Shown here in pieces: positions 57,637 through 64,000 of a stretch of DNA of 64,000 bases. The notes under the pieces are model-generated. The model saw only the letters and a list, made by a program, of their open reading frames with translations, did not search any database and was not told the origin of the DNA. The stretch is from contig CAZMGP010000028.1 of NCBI GenBank assembly GCA_964565875.1, positions 158 to 64,157 on the forward strand, read 5' to 3'. The stretch's first letter is position 1; each line of letters starts with the position of its first letter. A program made the position numbers and the translations under genes. This DNA is from an uncultured Enterobacteriaceae bacterium. Its GTDB lineage: Bacteria > Pseudomonadota > Gammaproteobacteria > Burkholderiales > SG8-39.

Positions 57637-58773
57637 ATGAGCGTGTACAAAGACGTCGCTGTCGCGGGGATCGGAACTACGGACTTCGGCGCGCTCTATG
57701 CTCGTCCGGCCGTGCCGAGATCCGCATACGATCTCGCCCTGGAGGCGTTTGCCGGAGCGCTTGCCGATTGCGGCTTGGAGAAGGATCGCATCGACGCGAT
57801 CATCTGCGTTCGCCTTCCTTCCTACCAGCAAGTCGCCTGTGAATTCGGCCTGGGACCGCTGCGCTTTGCCTACAGCCTGGAGGGAACCGGCCGCATGGCG
57901 GGCATCGCCCTGCAGCAGGCGGCGACCGCGATCGCCCAAGGCCAGGCGCGTGCGGTGGCGGTCATCTACGGCAACAACGGGCGCTCCGCAGGAGAGCGCT
58001 ACGGGGGCAAGTTCGACAACAGTTCCCCCGCCGCGTACGACGCGATGTATGGCATGACCTCCCCCGGCGGCTACGTCGCCATGATGCACCGCCGTCACCA
58101 GTTCGAGTTCGGCACCTCGGCGGAAGGCCTCGCTGCGCTCGCCATCAATAACCGCAAGAATGCGGCACTCAATCCCAATGCGGTGTTCAAGAAACCGATC
58201 TGCCGCAACGAATATTTCGCCGCACCCTTTGTCGCGGAACCGCTGCGCTTGTTCGACTATTGCCTGATCAACGACGGCGGCGTATGCATCATACTCACCG
58301 ACATATCCTTGGCGCAGTCTCTCAAACAGCCGCCGGTGCGGATTCTCGGAACGGCGGCGGCGAGCAGTCTCACGGCGCATTACACTTCCAAGGACTACTT
58401 CTATTCGGCCTGCCGGACCGTGGCGCAAGACGTCTATCGCCAATCGGGGCTGTCGCCCGCCGACATCGACTGCGCACAAATCTACGACAACTTCACCCCG
58501 ACGATCTTGTATTCGCTCGAAGGATTTGGCTTCTGCGATCGCGGCAAGAGCGGCGACTGGGTCCAGGGTGGCCGCATCGAATTGGGCGGCACATTGCCGA
58601 TCAATACCTGCGGCGGCCACACCGCGGAAGGCTATATGCAAGGCTTCGCATTGCAGGCGGAAGCCATACGTCAAGTGCGCGGCCAATGCGACCGCCGCCA
58701 AGTACCGGATTGCCACGTCGCCCAATACATCTGCGTCTCACCGATCGTTAGCTCCCACATCTTCTCGCTTTGA
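57637..58773 (+). CDS. SCP-x/Ltp2-type thiolase-fold protein (putative retro-aldolase)
   Basis: EPLRLFDYCLINDGG, QIYDNF, INTCGGHTAEGY motifs; no Cys at the usual nucleophile position. Confidence 0.85.
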   Translation: MSVYKDVAVAGIGTTDFGALYARPAVPRSAYDLALEAFAGALADCGLEKDRIDAIICVRLPSYQQVACEFGLGPLRFAYSLEGTGRMAGIALQQAATAIAQGQARAVAVIYGNNGRSAGERYGGKFDNSSPAAYDAMYGMTSPGGYVAMMHRRHQFEFGTSAEGLAALAINNRKNAALNPNAVFKKPICRNEYFAAPFVAEPLRLFDYCLINDGGVCIILTDISLAQSLKQPPVRILGTAAASSLTAHYTSKDYFYSACRTVAQDVYRQSGLSPADIDCAQIYDNFTPTILYSLEGFGFCDRGKSGDWVQGGRIELGGTLPINTCGGHTAEGYMQGFALQAEAIRQVRGQCDRRQVPDCHVAQYICVSPIVSSHIFSL

Positions 58774-58776
58774 CCG

Positions 58777-59199
58777 ATGTCCGATCCAAATTCACGCCCC
58801 GTTCCGGCAACCCTGCCAACGATTACCGCAGCCAATAGAGGCTTCTGGGAAGCTGCCCGGCGCGGCGTCCTCGCGCTGCCGGCCTGCCGGGCATGCTCCA
58901 ACGTTTGGTTTCCTCCTTCGGCGCGCTGCCCCCGCTGCCTATCCCAGGACGTCGAATATCGCGAGACATCGGGGCGCGCGAAATTATGGTCATGGATCGT
59001 CATGCACCGGCAATACTTCAAGGATTTTGCGCCGCCCTATCTGGTCGCCTTCGTCGAACTCGAGGCAGGCCCCATGCTCATGGCTGCGCTAGCAAACGTT
59101 TCGCCGGACGAACTGCGTTGCGAACTGCCGCTGCAGGCCAGCTTCGAGAAGCTGACAGAGGAGATTCGCATCCTGCGATTTGAGCCGCGGCGTTCCTGA
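58777..59199 (+). CDS. DUF35 Zn-ribbon/OB-fold protein
   Basis: FWEAA, CRAC...CPRC, PPYLVAFVELEAGP motifs. Confidence 0.9.
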   Translation: MSDPNSRPVPATLPTITAANRGFWEAARRGVLALPACRACSNVWFPPSARCPRCLSQDVEYRETSGRAKLWSWIVMHRQYFKDFAPPYLVAFVELEAGPMLMAALANVSPDELRCELPLQASFEKLTEEIRILRFEPRRS

Positions 59200-59242
59200 G
59201 CCAGACGGTGAAATTTCAAGATTTCAACCTAACCCAACGGAG

Positions 59243-59833
59243 ATGAAATTGAGCGTCAAGGATCAATATTCGCCCGAGCGCATCGCCGATCGCATGGCGA
59301 TTCAAGACGTGATGTACAAATGGTGCCGAGCGATAGACCGGCTGGACTCTGAGGGCATGCGGGCCGCCTTCCATCCCGATGCCATCGATAGCCACGGAGC
59401 CTACGTGGGCGGCGTGGACGGGCTGGTGCAATGGGTGCAGGAACGGCACAAACCGATTCCGTTTTCCAGCCATCAGGTGTCCAACATGCTGATCGAATTC
59501 GCAAGCCCCGATCTTGCGCTGGTCGAGACTTACATCCGCACCCTGCAGCACTACCCGGCGGAGGCCAAGGCGAGCTTGGCGCAACTATCCGGCGGTGCAT
59601 CGGGCAAGCCGGGCGTCGGCGTCGACCTCATGACCTCTTCACGCTACGTCGATCGCTTCGAGCGGCGCAACGGCAAATGGCGGATTGCCCGCCGTACGCT
59701 GATCCAGGACTGGAAGCACTTGCTCGAGGTCCATGGAGAACCGCCCAAGGCGAAATCCGGCTGGTACGTGGGCCGGCGCGACAAGCAGGATTTCGTCTAT
59801 GTCGAGCGCGCCGAACTCGGCATAAGCGACTGA
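59243..59833 (+). CDS. NTF2/SnoaL-like protein
   Basis: DRMAIQDV..WCRAIDRLD, FHPDA, RYVDRFERRNGKWRIARR motifs. Confidence 0.88.
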   Translation: MKLSVKDQYSPERIADRMAIQDVMYKWCRAIDRLDSEGMRAAFHPDAIDSHGAYVGGVDGLVQWVQERHKPIPFSSHQVSNMLIEFASPDLALVETYIRTLQHYPAEAKASLAQLSGGASGKPGVGVDLMTSSRYVDRFERRNGKWRIARRTLIQDWKHLLEVHGEPPKAKSGWYVGRRDKQDFVYVERAELGISD

Positions 59834-59990
59834 GGCGGCTTCGATCCCAAGGGCCGCAAAGGCCGAAAATCGATGTGAGCGCGAATGATGGGACCGTCCG
59901 CAAGGTCCCGCGCTGTCGTCGTCAGCGCCTCATATCGGTTCAGCCCCTATAATCGCGCCTGAGCAAGAACCTCGCCCCGAGGAGGCTGCG

Positions 59991-61667
59991 CTGTCTTCCC
60001 CTTTCTCTCCAGCAGCGACGCAGGACGCGCCGCTGACGCTCGCGCAGGCGCTCGTGCACAGCTTCCGCGACTATGCTGCGCGCCCTGCAATCAAGCCTCT
60101 GGGCGAGGCGCCTCTCACTTATGCCCAGATCGAACAACGGGTCAGAGCTGCGATCTCCATATTACGCAGGCTCGATTGCCGCGCCGGCGACCGCGTCGGC
60201 ATATGCTTGCCCAATCGCCCCGAATGGCCGGTTCTCAGCTACGCAGCCGCGCTGCTCGGACTGTGCATCGTTCCCATCAATGTTCGCCTGCGCGCCGGCG
60301 AACTCGCGCATGTACTGCGCCACTCACGGCCGAAAGCGATATTCAGCCAGGAGCGATTCCTGAGCAACGATCTGCTTGTCCGCTACCGGGAAGCGGTCAC
60401 GCAGCTCGGAGCTGAGAACGCGGATTTCGCCGCGCAATCGATCCGCCTCGTCCTCGTCGACGACTCAGCTCACGCCGGGGCGCTGAGCTATCGCAGCCTG
60501 GAGGCAGAAGGCGTCGAAAAGCTCGATCTCGCCGAGCTCGCCAGAGAACGGTCGGCGAGCGATCCCCTGTGGCTATTCTGGACTTCGGGGACCACCAGCA
60601 CCCCTAAAGGCGTCCTGCTCGCGCAATCTGCGATTGCAACGGTGTGGAACTGGACGCGTCTCGCGGGCTATCGCGCCGACGACAGGGTGCTCGTATCGCG
60701 CCCGCTGTTTTACATCGCCGGGCATTTCTGGTGCATGCTGGGCCCCCTTTTGCACGGCGCCCTTGCCGTCATCGGCGAGCGCTTTACACCCGAAGAGATC
60801 GTCAGGCTGTGCGCCGAGGAGAGAATCAGCGTCCTTTCCGGCAATCCCCTGCTGCTCAAGCAAGTCGTCACCGATCGCACTTTCGACGCGACGGCGTTTT
60901 CCCAGGTGCGGCTGGGCTACTTCAGCGGCTCGAGCATTTCTTTTGACGACCTCAAACGCATCAAGCATTCCATTCCTTACCGGTCGCTTTTGCAGACTTA
61001 CGGCGCAACCGAGTTAACCGGCTTTGCCTGCAGCACCCTCCCCGACGACACGCTCGAGTCGGCCCATGCGAGCTGCGGCTACCCTTTGCCGGATGTTGAA
61101 ATGCATTTGGTCGACGCTGAAACAGGCGTCGCCGTGCCCCAAGGCAGCATTGGCACCCTGCTCGCCAAGACACGCAGCTTCATCGACTACGTTGGTGTCT
61201 CAAGCGCTGATCGCCCGAAGCTGCTGACCGATGATGGCTGGATACGGACGGGTGACCTGATGCGCCAGCATCCCGATGGACGCTACGAGTTCATCGGACG
61301 CATCAAGGACCTTATCAAGGTCGGCGGGGAAAACGTGGCGGCGAGCGAGATCGAGCGGGTGCTGCTCGCCCACCCTGCGATCAAAGAGGCGGCTGTCGTT
61401 GCCATTGCGGACGCTCAGCGCGGCGAGGTGCCGTTCGCTTATGTCGAATTGGAGCATGAGGCTTCGCTTAGCGACGTGGAAATCCAGGCGTGGTGCCGCG
61501 AACGCATGGCGCCTTTCAAAGTGCCGCGATTTGTGGCGTTCATGCGTGATGGCTCGTGGCCCATGACCGCAACAGGCAAAATCGCTAAGAATGAACTTGC
61601 CTCACGTGGAGCGGCTCGGCGCAAAAAGTGGGAAACATCGCCGATTTCGACTACGACAAAACAATAG
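59991..61667 (+). CDS. Acyl-CoA ligase (AMP-forming); probable CTG start (first canonical start is GTG 60054)
   Basis: WTSGTTSTPKG, YGATE, WIRTGD, GRIKDLIKVGGENV, TGKIAK motifs; GAGGAGG 5 nt before an in-frame CTG at 59991. Confidence 0.88.
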   Translation: MSSPFSPAATQDAPLTLAQALVHSFRDYAARPAIKPLGEAPLTYAQIEQRVRAAISILRRLDCRAGDRVGICLPNRPEWPVLSYAAALLGLCIVPINVRLRAGELAHVLRHSRPKAIFSQERFLSNDLLVRYREAVTQLGAENADFAAQSIRLVLVDDSAHAGALSYRSLEAEGVEKLDLAELARERSASDPLWLFWTSGTTSTPKGVLLAQSAIATVWNWTRLAGYRADDRVLVSRPLFYIAGHFWCMLGPLLHGALAVIGERFTPEEIVRLCAEERISVLSGNPLLLKQVVTDRTFDATAFSQVRLGYFSGSSISFDDLKRIKHSIPYRSLLQTYGATELTGFACSTLPDDTLESAHASCGYPLPDVEMHLVDAETGVAVPQGSIGTLLAKTRSFIDYVGVSSADRPKLLTDDGWIRTGDLMRQHPDGRYEFIGRIKDLIKVGGENVAASEIERVLLAHPAIKEAAVVAIADAQRGEVPFAYVELEHEASLSDVEIQAWCRERMAPFKVPRFVAFMRDGSWPMTATGKIAKNELASRGAARRKKWETSPISTTTKQ

Positions 61668-61857
61668 TTTAACTATATCGAACTGAAAGAAATCTTCCCA
61701 CCAGCAGTTGGTATGTGCTTGATCAGCAGTCGACTTTTGCTGTTTTCAGGATGGACTGTTAATCTGCAGATCCCTGGTTCGAACCCAGGTCGGGGAGCCA
61801 AAATCAATCACTTAGAGTTTCCACCGAACGCGATTGGGAAATATCGCGGGTAACGTC
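61630..61857 (+). repeat. att module 2: arm sites, IHF sites and tRNA-Asn core
   Basis: GGGAAACATC 61630; inverted AAATCTTCCC 61690; core 61750-61800; IHF AATCAATCACTTA 61802; GGGAAATATC 61836; GGGTAACGTC 61848. Confidence 0.85.
61750..61800 (+). tRNA. Partial tRNA-Asn(GTT), 3' 51 nt only (att core)
   Basis: 47/51 identical to 26801-26851; 5' portion absent. Confidence 0.88.
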
Positions 61858-61916
61858 GTCAAATTCATGCAAAGTCGGCTGCATCTACATGATCATGTAT
61901 TTTCCAAGTAACTCCT

Positions 61917-62471
61917 TCAGCTAACCCGCCGCACCGGCTCGGTCCCGTCCCAGGCGAGCGACGCCTGGTGCATTTTTGCGTAGCGCTCCTCGAACCCCGT
62001 GGTGAGTTCGATGAGTTCTATCACCCCCGGCAGCTCGCGCGTCGTATCCACGTACGCGATGCGGTATACCCGGGACGAACGCACGCTGAACGCGATCTCG
62101 TCGCCGAGACTGCGATAGCGCTCGACATCGTCATCGAACGCCTCGCTGGCAACGGCCCAGTGGTGGAAGCCGTAGCCGCGCGCTTCAATCGTCTCGCGGA
62201 ACACCGACGGCACGGTATCGTGCTGTTCAATCAGCTCGAAGCTCATATGCCCAGCAAAGCCGACTGCAAGCGTCAGGCTGAGCTCGGTCGCGCGGCCACG
62301 ATATTGCGCCTGCGACGGCTTGAACGGGCCGGACACGAACCACGGCCCGTTTTTCAGCCGCGCGCTGAACTGGCGCATAGAACGCTCGATGTCCTCAACG
62401 ACATAGGCGACCTGGATCACGCCGCCGAGCGGTTGACCGAAGCTGTGCCGGGACAATTGCGCCCCCTTCAT
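61917..62471 (-). CDS. VOC/glyoxalase family protein (methylmalonyl-CoA epimerase-like fold)
   Basis: IQVAYVVEDIE, GPW, FELIEQ, GFHHWA, AYVDT, IELIE motifs. Confidence 0.85.
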   Translation of the reverse strand: MKGAQLSRHSFGQPLGGVIQVAYVVEDIERSMRQFSARLKNGPWFVSGPFKPSQAQYRGRATELSLTLAVGFAGHMSFELIEQHDTVPSVFRETIEARGYGFHHWAVASEAFDDDVERYRSLGDEIAFSVRSSRVYRIAYVDTTRELPGVIELIELTTGFEERYAKMHQASLAWDGTEPVRRVS

Positions 62472-62522
62472 CTGATCCAACCCGCGTCGCGCCGGTAATT
62501 TCCCCCCAGCTCGAGCGAGCGG

Positions 62523-62548
62523 CATCCCCTTCTGGCGGGAAGGGGATG
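62523..62548. other. Intergenic hairpin
   Basis: CATCCCCTTC-TGGCGG-GAAGGGGATG, perfect 10-bp stem between co-directional genes. Confidence 0.45.
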
Positions 62549-62564
62549 AGCCCAAAGCGCGAGG

Positions 62565-63500
62565 CTAGATGGCGCCGAGCGTCTTCAGCGCCTGCTCCAC
62601 CGCGGCCTGCGTCTGGTCGTCGACAAAATGCACCGGCCTGACCGGGCCCTTGCCGTCCAGCTTGACCGGCGGCTGGCCTTTGAACCAGAGTTTGGTGATT
62701 TCGATGAAATCGTCGGTGCCGTAGCCGTCGGTCACCATCTTGGCCACTTTCGCCTTGTCGGCAGTGCTCGGCGTCTGGTAGTTCATTACCGTCTGCATGA
62801 TCGGCTTGACGGTTCTCAAGGTCGTCGGAGTCATGCGCGCGATCAGGCCCTGGGCCACTTCGTACGCGGTCTTGGTGACGTCCTTCTGCGGGACCGCCAT
62901 GCTGAACAGTCCCCACTCCACCCCTGTCTTGGCATCGATAGGCTTGGAGAACAGCATGATTTCCATAGCGCGAGGCAAACCGACGAGGTTGATGGTTCTC
63001 TGTGCCGCCATGAAGTTGGGGCCGAGTGCGCGCTTGCCGCCGCCCTTGATCGCCAAATCGGCCATGCCCCAGGTGACGTTGTCCGCGACGATGCGGATAT
63101 CGCAGGCCTCGGCCACCATCCTGCCGGTGGCGAAAGCGCCGCCGCTGATGGCGGCAATCACCGGTTGCGGGCAGCTCATGATTCTGCCCGTCAGATTGCA
63201 CATCAGCGTCGCCATCGCCATATCGCGCTTGATCAGCTCGCGCTTTTCCTCCTCGGTTTCGGGGCGTTTGCCCGTGACGATCTCCTTGGTGTCGGCCCCG
63301 CCAATGAACACGCGCTCTCCTGCCGCGCGGATCACGATCACCAGAACCTTTTTGTCAACCGCCCAGGCGTCAAGCGTTTCGATGAACTTCTTGAACATGC
63401 GCGACGACAGAACATTGGCGCGCTCGGGCCTGTTCACGAATACCGTCCCGACTCCCCCTTTAACCTCGGTGATCAACAACTTGTCGACGTCGTTAGCCAT
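62565..63500 (-). CDS. Divergent crotonase-superfamily protein
   Basis: NRPERANVL, FIGGAD, PQPVIAAISG, ACDIRIVA motifs; canonical catalytic Glu residues not seen. Confidence 0.82.
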   Translation of the reverse strand: MANDVDKLLITEVKGGVGTVFVNRPERANVLSSRMFKKFIETLDAWAVDKKVLVIVIRAAGERVFIGGADTKEIVTGKRPETEEEKRELIKRDMAMATLMCNLTGRIMSCPQPVIAAISGGAFATGRMVAEACDIRIVADNVTWGMADLAIKGGGKRALGPNFMAAQRTINLVGLPRAMEIMLFSKPIDAKTGVEWGLFSMAVPQKDVTKTAYEVAQGLIARMTPTTLRTVKPIMQTVMNYQTPSTADKAKVAKMVTDGYGTDDFIEITKLWFKGQPPVKLDGKGPVRPVHFVDDQTQAAVEQALKTLGAI

Positions 63501-63593
63501 GGTTCCTACCTCACTTGGTGTATTTGCGGATGAATGGTCAAATCTGCGTATGAACAAACTGAAATGCGGCCGGGTGCTCGCTCGCGAATGCGT

Positions 63594-64000
63594 TCACCAT
63601 TTGTAGCTCGCAGGGCGCTCGATGTACTGTGGCTCTGCCTTGCGCCACACGGCGTAAGCCCGAATGTCCGTGCGAAAATACAGATTGATCACGGCTCCGG
63701 TGAGTGCCCGCGCTTCGTACGAGGCGAGAAAAGCGACGATGTCGGCGATTTCATCCGGTTGATTGAATCGCCCCGGATCCACCGGCTTTCCATCGACGCC
63801 CGCGGCGAAGCGCTCTTTTTGCCTGCGTGTCCAGTCGCGGCTGTTGACGGCTCCCGGGCAGACCACGTTGACGCAGATGCCCAGATGGGCGGTCGCCGCG
63901 GCAAGCGATTGGGCGAGCGCGATTTCGCCCGCATTGCCGACGTTGTAGGCCGACATATCGCCGGCAACCGGCCTCACCCCGGAGCCGGAACCGGTGAGGA
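63594..64000 (-). CDS. SDR oxidoreductase, C-terminal part (runs off the window)
   Basis: GICVNVVCPG, PDEIADIVAFLAS, LTGAVI motifs; YxxxK appears as YNVGN. Confidence 0.7.
   Translation of the reverse strand, partial: LTGSGSGVRPVAGDMSAYNVGNAGEIALAQSLAAATAHLGICVNVVCPGAVNSRDWTRRQKERFAAGVDGKPVDPGRFNQPDEIADIVAFLASYEARALTGAVINLYFRTDIRAYAVWRKAEPQYIERPASYKW

Larger units (their letters stand above)
26852..61800. mobile_element. 34,949-bp tRNA-Asn-targeted catabolic island/cassette with no recognisable integrase
   Basis: Bounded by direct repeats of the tRNA-Asn 3' fragment (47/51 identical) with conserved arm/IHF architecture; all ORFs inside are catabolic, transport or regulatory. Confidence 0.75.

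Noticed and set aside
56416-58725. 769-aa ORF as a novel fusion protein
   Set aside because: The N-terminal half is the antisense shadow of the thiolase-fold gene; CaiB motifs begin at ATG 57543.
1-64000. CRISPR arrays, rRNA, IS transposases, phage or conjugation genes, classical attC integron cassettes
   Set aside because: None recognised in the sequence or the ORF track.

Overview
GC-rich bacterial DNA, probably Betaproteobacteria given the four Bug/TTT binding proteins and the tRNA-Asn fragment sequence (inference). About 55 genes are present, almost all CoA-dependent catabolic enzymes, transporters and two regulators (IclR, GntR). No oxygenase and no core housekeeping gene was recognised. 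The main structural signal is two copies of a ~230-bp attachment-site module at 26680-26908 and 61630-61857. Each has a 51-nt tRNA-Asn(GTT) 3' fragment as core, flanked on both sides by IHF-like sites and GGGAAATAT-type arm repeats at nearly identical spacing. These modules divide the window into at least three tandem segments. The complete middle segment (34,949 bp) has no recognisable integrase or transfer gene and carries its own GntR with matching operators. The left segment has an IclR with matching operators, a vapBC pair next to the att arm, and a RIT-like integrase remnant. I interpret this as a tandem array of large, integrase-less catabolic cassettes at tRNA-Asn. Gene calls come from motif recognition by eye, not database searches.
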